A stretch of DNA of 64,000 bases, from the NCBI GenBank assembly GCA_965541615.1, contig CBEUCJ010000004.1, forward strand, positions 21,167 through 85,166, given 5' to 3'. Positions within the stretch are counted from its first letter, which is position 1; each line of letters starts with the position of its first letter. Under the pieces are notes generated by a model. That model was not told the origin of the DNA and did not search any database. It saw nothing but the letters and a program-made list of their open reading frames with translations. This document shows positions 38,053-45,687 of the stretch, in pieces. Source of the stretch: an uncultured bacterium. Its GTDB lineage: Bacteria; Omnitrophota; Gorgyraeia; Duberdicusellales; CBEUCJ01. A program made the translations under genes and the position numbers.

Positions 38053-40206
38053 ATGATGAGTCTAAATTTATTTAGTATTTCTTCTTTTCTAATTTTCATT
38101 TTTAGTATTTCTTTGGGTATTTTTACTTTTTTAAAGAATAGAGAAAGAATAGGAAAAATATGGATTTCTTTTTGTTTTCTTGCTTCTATTTGGGGGTTTG
38201 GGGGATACAAGTTCTCTACGGTTTCTAACTACGACGATGCTTTTTTTTGGTGGCAGGTTGCATATATATGTGTAATTCTCTCTCCTGTGGTGTACACTCA
38301 TTTTGTATTTGTTTTTCTTGAAATAAAGAAGAAGTTTTTTTTGTGTTGTTTTTATATCTTAGCAGGAATATTTTTAGGACTTAATTTTTTTGCTCCTAAA
38401 CTTTTCTTAGGAGATTTAAGGTTCATATTTAATCAATTTTGGTGGCATGATTGGGTTAAGAGAAAAAATGTAGTATGGTTAATTTTTTATTTTTGTTTTT
38501 ACTGGTATCTTTTGGTATATTGCTTTTTTCTATTGATAAAATATTATAAGAGAACTTCTGGTGTAAAAAAGTTTCAGTTAAAATATTTTATATTAGCTTC
38601 AGTTTTTGGGTGGATAGGTCCAATTGTAGATTATCTTCCCGTTTTTCGGATCGATATTTATCCTTATGCTAATTTTTTAACAATTCTTTATCCCTTTCTT
38701 ATTACGTATGCCGTTGTCAAGTATCGTCTTATGGACATTCGCATTACGATTACTCAAACAGGCATTTTTGGTTTAGTTTATGCTTTGATATTGGCTATCC
38801 CTTTTGCAATAACTTTCTGGGGAAGAGGACATTTATATCCTTATTTTGGAGAATTCTGGTGGGTGCCTTCATTTATACTTTTAGCAGTTTTAGCTTCTAC
38901 AGGTCCTTTTATTTATATGTATTTACAAAAGAAAGCAACAGATTTTTTATTAAGAGAAGAGAGGAAGTATCAAGAGGCGCTTTTGGCTTTGGCAAAAGAA
39001 ATGGTGAATGAGAAAGATTTAGATAGATTATTGAGGATTATAGTTTTAAGAGTTTACAGATTAATGAAGTTAAAATTTACAGGAGTCTATTTATGTGAAA
39101 AAGAAGATAGTTTTGCTGTTTTGAAATATAAATGGCCTAAAAAAGAAAATCCATTGCCCCAAAGACTTCACTTACACACATCTTCTCTAATAAAAGCTAT
39201 TAAGGAAAAGAAATCTCCTTTTGGTTTAGATGAAGCAGAAGTCGATAAAGAATCAGAAGGTTTACCTGATTACGGAGCAATAATTCCTTCTTTTATGGAT
39301 GATACCTTAATTGGTTTTTTATTTTTAGGTCCTAAAAAGAAAGGAGATTTTTCGCCAAGAGACTATGAAGTATTTGAGACTTTAAGTTTACAAGCAGCTT
39401 TAGCTATTGAGAATGCTTTATATTTAGAAGAGTACAAAAAGACTCAAGAAGCTTTGTTTCAAGCTGAAAAATTAGCAAATATAGGTGTGATGGCTTCAGG
39501 GATGAGTCATCAGATGAATAACAGATTGCAGGTCATAAGTCTAATAGCAGGAGATATAAAAGATGAGATAAATTTCTTAAAGGAAACCGACCCTGAAACT
39601 CTAAAAACTTTCATTGCTCATGTAAAAGAAAATATGGAAAGATTAGAAGAAGAGATAAAGCATGGAAGAGAAGTGATAAGAGGTCTTTTAGATTATTCAA
39701 AGAAAAGACAGATAAGGTTTATGCTTGTAAATTTTGAAAAGGACATCTTGCAAGATGCTTTAAAACTTTTGTATACCAAGCAAAAAATAGAAGATGCAGA
39801 ACTCAACTTTGAGATTCAAAAAGATTTACCTTCTATTTGGGCAGAACCTACTCAGATGGCAGAAGTCGTGTTTAACTTATTAGACAACGCTTACGAAGCT
39901 GTAATTATGAAAAAGAATCATCTAAATGATTCAAATTTTAAAGGGAGAATAACATTGAAAGCCTACAGTATAAATGAATTTTTTAGAATAGATGTAGAGG
40001 ACAATGGAATAGGAATTAAAGAAGAAGATAAAAAGAAAATTTTTATCCCCTTTTTCACAACAAAATCTTCTACAAAATCAGGTTTTGGATTAGGTATGTA
40101 TGTAGTAAAGAGGATAATAGAATCTCATAAAGGTAAAATCTGGTTTGAATCTAAATATTTAGAAGGAACCAAATTCCATATAGAACTCCCCTTACCTCAA
40201 TTTTAA
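38053..40206 (+). CDS. Sensor histidine kinase with large multi-TM N-terminal sensor, no adjacent response regulator
   Basis: About 10 TM helices, then HisKA (SHQMNNRL) and HATPase_c (DNGIGI…GFGLGM) motifs. Confidence 0.75.
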   Translation: MMSLNLFSISSFLIFIFSISLGIFTFLKNRERIGKIWISFCFLASIWGFGGYKFSTVSNYDDAFFWWQVAYICVILSPVVYTHFVFVFLEIKKKFFLCCFYILAGIFLGLNFFAPKLFLGDLRFIFNQFWWHDWVKRKNVVWLIFYFCFYWYLLVYCFFLLIKYYKRTSGVKKFQLKYFILASVFGWIGPIVDYLPVFRIDIYPYANFLTILYPFLITYAVVKYRLMDIRITITQTGIFGLVYALILAIPFAITFWGRGHLYPYFGEFWWVPSFILLAVLASTGPFIYMYLQKKATDFLLREERKYQEALLALAKEMVNEKDLDRLLRIIVLRVYRLMKLKFTGVYLCEKEDSFAVLKYKWPKKENPLPQRLHLHTSSLIKAIKEKKSPFGLDEAEVDKESEGLPDYGAIIPSFMDDTLIGFLFLGPKKKGDFSPRDYEVFETLSLQAALAIENALYLEEYKKTQEALFQAEKLANIGVMASGMSHQMNNRLQVISLIAGDIKDEINFLKETDPETLKTFIAHVKENMERLEEEIKHGREVIRGLLDYSKKRQIRFMLVNFEKDILQDALKLLYTKQKIEDAELNFEIQKDLPSIWAEPTQMAEVVFNLLDNAYEAVIMKKNHLNDSNFKGRITLKAYSINEFFRIDVEDNGIGIKEEDKKKIFIPFFTTKSSTKSGFGLGMYVVKRIIESHKGKIWFESKYLEGTKFHIELPLPQF

Positions 40207-40470
40207 ATAAATTAGCTTTCTTAAAATAAACTTTTTAATACATGTAACACCTAATGCCATTTATTCAGCACTAAACTTTGGGGTTAGAAGATAATGTAAT
40301 AATTTTTTAGATATTAAAAATGGGGCATTTTATAAGGACTCTTTTTGTTTCAATACTTTTGTTAGAAAATAAAGAATATTTGCTTTTTGTATAATGATAT
40401 GTGATAATTTATTGATTTTAGAAAAAAGAAAAAAAATATTTTGAGAGTTATTTAAAATTTGCAAGATTAA

Positions 40471-40737
40471 TTAAGAAAAAAAGCCAATCACATTTTTGGA
40501 GAGGTTAAAGTATTAGTTTTTGGCTCAGTTGTAAAAGGAGACTATCTTTCAAATAGGGATATAGACATTTTAATCATAACTGAAAATTTGCCTCAAGAAT
40601 TTTTTGAGCAAGTTAAATTAAAACAAAAATTATTAGAAGGTTTAGAAGAGAATCCTTTCCAGATACATCTTGCTGCTCCTCAAATGTATCAAAGATGGTA
40701 TAAGAATTTTATAAAAGATAATTATTTAGAAGTTTAA
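40471..40737 (+). pseudogene. N-terminally truncated nucleotidyltransferase (MNT) paralogue of the gene at 41139; no start codon in frame
   Basis: …VLVFGSVVKGDY…DIDILIITENLP…FQIHLAAP…, about 55% aa identity to 41139 product; frame opens right after a TAA. Confidence 0.5.
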
Positions 40738-40747
40738 GAGGTGTCAA

Positions 40748-41142
40748 ATGGACATTGGATTCTTGAAAGAGAGAGCAAATGAATTTTTTGAAGAAGCGCA
40801 AGAATTATTAAAGAAAAAGAAGTATAATCTTTCAGTTTTCAATTTAGAGCAAGCAATTCAATTATGGATAAAATACTTGATTGGCAAGAAAATAGGAGAT
40901 TGGCCTAAGACGCATTTTTTTCAGAATTAATTCCTCAATTAGCTCAGGTTTATGAGGAAGAAAAGATTTTAGAATTTTATAAAGAAAATGAACTATTTTT
41001 TGATAGTTTAGAAGATGCTCATTTTACTTCTCGGTATTTTCCAAAAAAATTCACTGAAAATGTTATATTAAAACTTTTTGAATATTCTAAAAAATTTTTT
41101 AAATTGATTAAAGAGACTATTAATGAAGATTTTTCCCTATGA
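40748..41142 (+). pseudogene. HEPN-domain gene with -1 frameshift in a T7 run (about 40912-40918)
   Basis: Two consecutive ORF pieces; T8 would give …KTHFFSELIPQLAQV… continuing to HFTSRYFP HEPN motif. Confidence 0.55.
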
Positions 41143-41495
41143 AGAAAAGTCTGGTCGATATAATTTTACCTATACATAAAAAAAAGGAGATGTACTTTAG
41201 GAATTATAAGTCTTATTGTCAAGAAATTAAAAGAATAGCAAAATGTTCTTTGAAAGAAGTAAGAGTGTTAGTGTTTGGTTCAGTGGTAAAAGATAAACAT
41301 ACTCCAAGTAGTGATATCGATGTTTTAATAATTTCTAATAACCTTCCTGAAGAATTTGAAGAGAGAGAAAAGATCAAGACAAATATTAAGTCAAAAATAG
41401 ACCCCTTTTCTCCATTTCAGCTCCATTTAGCCACACCTAAGGAATTTAAAGAATGGTATGAAAACTTTTTGAAAGGTAATTATCTAGAAATATAA
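41139..41495 (+). CDS. Minimal nucleotidyltransferase (MNT)
   Basis: VLVFGSVVKDKHTPSSDIDVLII NTase motif. Confidence 0.7.
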   Translation: MKKSLVDIILPIHKKKEMYFRNYKSYCQEIKRIAKCSLKEVRVLVFGSVVKDKHTPSSDIDVLIISNNLPEEFEEREKIKTNIKSKIDPFSPFQLHLATPKEFKEWYENFLKGNYLEI

Positions 41496-41546
41496 TTTTT
41501 TTAAAAAAATTTCAACTTGACAAAATACAGATTATAGTATATATTT

Positions 41547-41565
41547 GAAAATGAAAATCATTATC
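41547..41565 (+). promoter_or_regulatory. Fur box upstream of fur (17/19 match to GATAATGATAATCATTATC)
   Basis: GAAAATGAAAATCATTATC, 16 nt upstream of fur ATG; overlaps likely -10 region. Confidence 0.6.
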
Positions 41566-41580
41566 AATAAGGAGTGATCA

Positions 41581-42069
41581 ATGCCACACAGAAGGCATAG
41601 AAAAGGAATGATGTGGTGGCATATGAGGTTTATAGATGCAGGTTTTAGAATGACTTTGCCAAGACAAGCAATTATGGAGGTTTTAAGTAACACTACAGAG
41701 CATTTGAGTGCTGAAGAAATATACCTTAAAGTGCGCAAAAGATATCCTGGAATAGGACTTACAACTGTGTACAGAACTTTAGATATTCTAGTTAACATGG
41801 GACTCATATCTAAATTTGATTTTGGAGATGGCAGAGCACGTTATGAATTATCAGAGACTTCAAAGGGTGCAAAACCTCATCATCATCATTTGGTATGTAG
41901 AGAGTGTGGGAAAATAATAGATTATACAGAGTTTATAGATGATGAAGTAGAATTAATTAACAACATTCAGAAAAAACTTTCAGAAAAATATAACTTTAAG
42001 ATAACAAATCACATTATTCAATTTTATGGATTGTGTGATAAATGTCAGCAGAAGAATAAAGTAACGTAA
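41581..42069 (+). CDS. fur: Ferric uptake regulator family transcriptional regulator (Fur/Zur/PerR)
   Basis: Winged-helix N-terminus; HHHHLVCRECG and CDKC metal sites. Confidence 0.8.
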   Translation: MPHRRHRKGMMWWHMRFIDAGFRMTLPRQAIMEVLSNTTEHLSAEEIYLKVRKRYPGIGLTTVYRTLDILVNMGLISKFDFGDGRARYELSETSKGAKPHHHHLVCRECGKIIDYTEFIDDEVELINNIQKKLSEKYNFKITNHIIQFYGLCDKCQQKNKVT

Positions 42070-42088
42070 ATTTTTTTCTTTGGTAAAT

Positions 42089-42107
42089 GAAAATGATTAT
42101 CATTATT
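42089..42107 (+). promoter_or_regulatory. Second Fur-box-like site (16/19) immediately upstream of the aromatic small-protein operon
   Basis: GAAAATGATTATCATTATT, 21 nt upstream of ATG 42128. Confidence 0.5.
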
Positions 42108-42127
42108 AATAAAAGGGGGTGAGAAAA

Positions 42128-42355
42128 ATGAGAGGAAGAAATTTTTGGGGACCAGGATTTTGGAAATTTGGGTATTTAGGATATCCTTATTATCCAAGCT
42201 ATTTTGGATTTCCTTTTTTCTGGGGTAGAGGAAGAGGGAATCCATTTCCTTTTTGTAGATGGTTTCCATTTTTACCTCGTGGATGGTGGGCGATGCCATT
42301 CTTTTTAAGTATGTGGCAAAATATTTATCCATATCAAGGAGGAACTACAAAATGA
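42128..42355 (+). CDS. Small W/F/Y/P/G-rich protein 1 (75 aa; no coiled-coil tail)
   Basis: RBS GGGGGTG; about 45% aromatic+Pro+Gly; ORF-track start 42119 (GTG) replaced by ATG 42128. Confidence 0.55.
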   Translation: MRGRNFWGPGFWKFGYLGYPYYPSYFGFPFFWGRGRGNPFPFCRWFPFLPRGWWAMPFFLSMWQNIYPYQGGTTK

Positions 42356-42519
42356 TTTTTAGAGAAAGCTTTTTAAAATTTATTGATTCTAAATCTTTGC
42401 ATAATGATTCTGCTTACTTTGCTATACATTGGCCCTATTTTTGGAATAGGACTCTTATAGGAAAGAATGTTCAAAAAAAGAAAGAAGGAATAAAAGAAAA
42501 AGTTAAAAAAAGGAGGTGA
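42352..42519 (+). CDS. Small ORF (55 aa) with strong RBS, aromatic/basic
   Basis: GGAGG 8 nt upstream of ATG 42352; fills gap between neighbours. Confidence 0.35.
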   Translation: MIFRESFLKFIDSKSLHNDSAYFAIHWPYFWNRTLIGKNVQKKKEGIKEKVKKRR

Positions 42520-42755
42520 TAGTTATGCCTTTCGGAATGGGACCAGCTGGTTGGTTTTTAGCACCATACATTTATCCTCAGATTTTAAATTTTTATCAAA
42601 ATTTTCTAAGAATGTGGGGTTATCCATTTTATGGATTCTCAATGCCCTTTTATGGAGGTGATGAATTAAGTTACTTAAAACAATTAAAGCAGAATTTAGA
42701 ACTTCAGTTACAAGACATTGAAAGAAGGATTAAAGAATTAGAATCTACTACTTAA
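42516..42755 (+). CDS. Small W/F/Y/P/G-rich protein 2 with C-terminal coiled-coil (…LELQLQDIERRIKELEST)
   Basis: RBS GGAGGTGA; MPFGMGPAGWF… N-terminus; heptad-like C-terminus. Confidence 0.65.
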   Translation: MIVMPFGMGPAGWFLAPYIYPQILNFYQNFLRMWGYPFYGFSMPFYGGDELSYLKQLKQNLELQLQDIERRIKELESTT

Positions 42756-42777
42756 TAAAATAAGGAGGTGAGGGGAT

Positions 42778-43080
42778 ATGAGAGGTTATAGACATAGAAA
42801 TATGTATTATTTAACAGGATTACCTGGTTGGATGAGATTTGGATTTAGTCCTGGGTGGGGAGGTTTACCTCCTGGAGCTCAATATATGTTTACAGGAAAT
42901 TGGCCTACTCTGCAGGCAAATTCTTTATGGTCAAATATTTCTCAAAATGCAACATTTGATCCTTATAAAGTCTCTCAGATTAGTAAAGAGCAAGAGTTGC
43001 AGCTTTTAAAGCAACAGGCAGAAGCTTTAAAAGCTCAGCTTGAAAGAATAGAAAAAAGAGTTCAAGAGTTAGAGTCTTAA
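42778..43080 (+). CDS. Small W/F/Y/P/G-rich protein 3 with C-terminal coiled-coil (…LKAQLERIEKRVQELES)
   Basis: RBS GGAGGTGA; paralogue of the preceding two genes. Confidence 0.65.
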   Translation: MRGYRHRNMYYLTGLPGWMRFGFSPGWGGLPPGAQYMFTGNWPTLQANSLWSNISQNATFDPYKVSQISKEQELQLLKQQAEALKAQLERIEKRVQELES

Positions 43081-43115
43081 AAAGTTGTAAGTTTGTTTAA
43101 TAAAGGAGGGAGTTT

Positions 43116-43634
43116 ATGAAAATTTGCGTAACAGCTCAAGGAAATACTTTAGAATCTTTGGTAGATCCCAGATTTGGAAGAGCTCAATATTTTATAATTT
43201 ATGATACTGAGACTGATTCTTTTGAAAGTATCTTAAATCCAAATTTAAATCTATTTTCAGGAGCAGGAATTCAAAGTGCACAACTTATAGTACAAAAAGG
43301 AGTTCAAGTTTTAATTACAGGAAACGTGGGACCCAATGCTTTTAATGTATTAACAGCTGCTGGAATAAATATAATAACAGGTATAATGGGAGTATCAGTA
43401 AAGGAAGCTATAGAAAGATTTAAGAGAGGAGAGTTGAATTTTACTTTTTCTCCAACAGTCTCTAAACACTTTGGAGCTCAAATGTATCCACCAAACTTTG
43501 GGACGATGCCATATCAATTTCAAACTTCTAAAGCACAAGAACTTAATATGTTAAAACAACAACTTCAATTTTTAAAACAGCAGATCGAGATGATAAACCA
43601 GAGAATAAAGGAGTTAGAAAAAAATGAGCAATAA
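43116..43634 (+). CDS. NifB/NifX-fold protein ('dinitrogenase FeMo-cofactor-binding' domain) with a C-terminal aromatic+coiled-coil extension homologous to the preceding small proteins
   Basis: …DPRFGRAQYFIIYD…ITGNVGPNAF…; tail GAQMYPPNFGTMPYQF…LKQQLQFLKQQIEMINQRIKELE. Confidence 0.65.
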   Translation: MKICVTAQGNTLESLVDPRFGRAQYFIIYDTETDSFESILNPNLNLFSGAGIQSAQLIVQKGVQVLITGNVGPNAFNVLTAAGINIITGIMGVSVKEAIERFKRGELNFTFSPTVSKHFGAQMYPPNFGTMPYQFQTSKAQELNMLKQQLQFLKQQIEMINQRIKELEKNEQ

Positions 43635-43914
43635 AGCTACAGTCCTTAAAGAAATTTGTAGAGGATGTGGACTTTGTGCTTTTAGTTGTCCTCAGAATGC
43701 TATAACTATCATCTTTGGAAAAGCTGAAGTAGATAAATCTAAGTGTATAGGATGCAGAAGATGCATCCAAGTATGTCCTGTAAAAGCTATTGTAATCACT
43801 CCTTCTGTAAATAAAGAAGAAGTAGAGATTTTTAAAAAACAGGTTAGAAGATTAAAGGAGAGAATAACGACTGTTAACAGAAAGATAAAAGATTTATTAG
43901 AAAAAAGGAGGTGA
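43624..43914 (+). CDS. 2x[4Fe-4S] ferredoxin with C-terminal basic coiled-coil tail
   Basis: CRGCGLCAFSCP and CIGCRRCIQVCP; tail …RRLKERITTVNRKIKDLLEKRR. Confidence 0.75.
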   Translation: MSNKATVLKEICRGCGLCAFSCPQNAITIIFGKAEVDKSKCIGCRRCIQVCPVKAIVITPSVNKEEVEIFKKQVRRLKERITTVNRKIKDLLEKRR

Positions 43915-43917
43915 TTT

Positions 43918-44625
43918 TTGAAAGTAGCTATAGCTGTAGATAAAGGTAAAGTTTCAGCTCATTTTGGAAGATGTGAAGAGTTTGTCTTATTAGAAATAGA
44001 AGATTCAAAAGTAATCAGTAAAAAAATGATTAAAAATCCAGGACATAAACCTGGATTTCTACCTCAATTTTTAAAGGAGCTAAAAGTAGATGTAATAATC
44101 ACAGGAGGGATGGGTAAAAAAGCTTTAGAATTGTTTGAGAAAGCGCAAATAAAAGTTATTTTGGGGATCACAGGAGAAGTTGAAGACGTAATAAATGAGT
44201 TTTTGAAAGGTAATTTAAAAAGTAAGGAAAGTTTATGTACACGAGATACATTTAAAGAAACTGAAGTTAAGTATTATAAAGAAAAAGGTAGTAAGATTTG
44301 TATTACTTCTAAAGGAGATAGTTTAGATTCAGAGTTAGATCCTAATTTTGGAAGGTGCAACTATTTTATCATTTTTGATTTAGAGAGTTCAGATTACGAA
44401 GCTATAGAAAACCCTTATAAAGATTTACCTCAAGGAGCAGGGATAAGGAGCGCTCAATTTGTTATAGAAAAAAATGTAGATACTCTTTTAACAGGAGAAG
44501 TAGGTCCTCATGCTCAGGAAGTTTTACAGAAAGGCGGGGTTAATTTAATAAAAAGAATTTCAGGAAGAGTAAGAGAAGTAATTGAAGCGTTTAAAAAAGG
44601 AGGACCTAATTATGTGGGGCAATAG
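43918..44625 (+). CDS. Tandem NifB/NifX-fold domain protein (two 'FeMo-cofactor-binding'-like domains)
   Basis: Two repeats of …FGR(C)..F…D…ITGG/TGEVGP… pattern; TTG start with RBS GGAGGTGA. Confidence 0.6.
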   Translation: MKVAIAVDKGKVSAHFGRCEEFVLLEIEDSKVISKKMIKNPGHKPGFLPQFLKELKVDVIITGGMGKKALELFEKAQIKVILGITGEVEDVINEFLKGNLKSKESLCTRDTFKETEVKYYKEKGSKICITSKGDSLDSELDPNFGRCNYFIIFDLESSDYEAIENPYKDLPQGAGIRSAQFVIEKNVDTLLTGEVGPHAQEVLQKGGVNLIKRISGRVREVIEAFKKGGPNYVGQ

Positions 44626-44800
44626 AGAAGAAGATATCAATAGAATTCAGAGAGGACAAGGAAGGATGGGTAGAAGAGGTTTAGGTCCTGGAGGATTTTG
44701 TAAATGCTTAAGATGTGGCACAAGAATTCCTCATCAAAGAGGAACCCCTTGTTATACTTTAACTTGTCCTAACTGTGGGGCAAGGATGGTTAGAGAATAA
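44612..44800 (+). CDS. Small Gly/Arg-rich zinc-ribbon protein (CxC…CG…CPNCG)
   Basis: GRMGRRGLGPGGFCKCLRCG…CPNCG; ORF-track start 44582 would overlap upstream gene, ATG 44612 preferred. Confidence 0.5.
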   Translation: MWGNREEDINRIQRGQGRMGRRGLGPGGFCKCLRCGTRIPHQRGTPCYTLTCPNCGARMVRE

Positions 44801-44821
44801 TTTTGAAGTTTTTTGAAAAAA

Positions 44822-45673
44822 ATGAAAATATCTGTTGCCAGTGGAAAAGGAGGAGTAGGCAAAACCACAGTAGCTGTAGCTTTAGCAGATGTTTTGGTTT
44901 CATCAAAAAATGTGAATGTTTTGTTCTTAGATTGTGATGTAGAAGAACCAAATTCTTATTTTTTTATAAAACCTCAAATAACCCAAAAAATTCCAATCTA
45001 TACTCAGATTCCTCAGGTAGATAAAAATAAGTGTAATTTTTGTGCAAAATGTAGTAAAATTTGTGCTTATAATGCTATAGCAGTGGTGAAAACAGAGGTC
45101 TTAATATTTGATAATCTTTGTCATGGATGTGGAGCTTGTAGTTTTTTTTGTCCTCAAAAAGCAATAAAAGAAGTGAACAAAGAAATAGGATTTATTGAAA
45201 TAGGAGAAAAAGAAAATTTAAAATTTATTCATGGCAAATTGAAAATAGGACAAGCAATACCTACACCTTTAATTAAAGCTGTAAAAAGCTATATAAATGG
45301 TTTTGATTTTACTATAATAGATGCTCCTCCAGGAGCAAACTGTAGTGTAGTAGAATCTGTTAAGAACACAGATTTTTGTATTGTAGTTACAGAGCCTACC
45401 CCTTTTGGTTTAAGTGATATGATTCAGTTGACGCAGCTTTTAAAAAGGCTTGGTATTAAATTTGGAGTGATTATAAATAAAGAGAATTTAGGAGATGAAA
45501 GAGTTGAAAAGTTTTGCAAAGAAAATGATATTCCTATTCTACTAAAGATTCCTTTTCTGAGAGAAGTGAGTTTTCAAAGTGCAAAAGGTCAAATTTTAAC
45601 AAAAATCCTACCTGAGTATAAAAGAGAGTTTGACAAAGTTATAGAAAGAATTAAAGTTCTAAACTCAAATTAG
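44822..45673 (+). CDS. MinD/ParA-superfamily P-loop ATPase with inserted 2x[4Fe-4S] ferredoxin domain
   Basis: SGKGGVGKTT; CNFCAKCSKIC and CHGCGACSFFCP. Confidence 0.8.
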   Translation: MKISVASGKGGVGKTTVAVALADVLVSSKNVNVLFLDCDVEEPNSYFFIKPQITQKIPIYTQIPQVDKNKCNFCAKCSKICAYNAIAVVKTEVLIFDNLCHGCGACSFFCPQKAIKEVNKEIGFIEIGEKENLKFIHGKLKIGQAIPTPLIKAVKSYINGFDFTIIDAPPGANCSVVESVKNTDFCIVVTEPTPFGLSDMIQLTQLLKRLGIKFGVIINKENLGDERVEKFCKENDIPILLKIPFLREVSFQSAKGQILTKILPEYKREFDKVIERIKVLNSN

Positions 45674-45687
45674 GAGGGGGGTAGAGT

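Noticed and set aside
40250-40335. Imperfect long-range inverted repeat (AATGCCAT … ATGGGGCATT) downstream of the histidine kinase
   Set aside because: Loop of about 65 nt, bulged stem, no U-tract. Not convincing as terminator or ncRNA.
42259-42351. 5' part of ORF 42259-42519
   Set aside because: Out-of-frame overlap with the RBS-supported gene 42128-42355. Only the portion from ATG 42352 was retained as a candidate.
44582-44611. ORF-track start at 44582 for the zinc-ribbon protein
   Set aside because: Would overlap the preceding gene by 44 nt. In-frame ATG at 44612 gives a compact 62-aa product.
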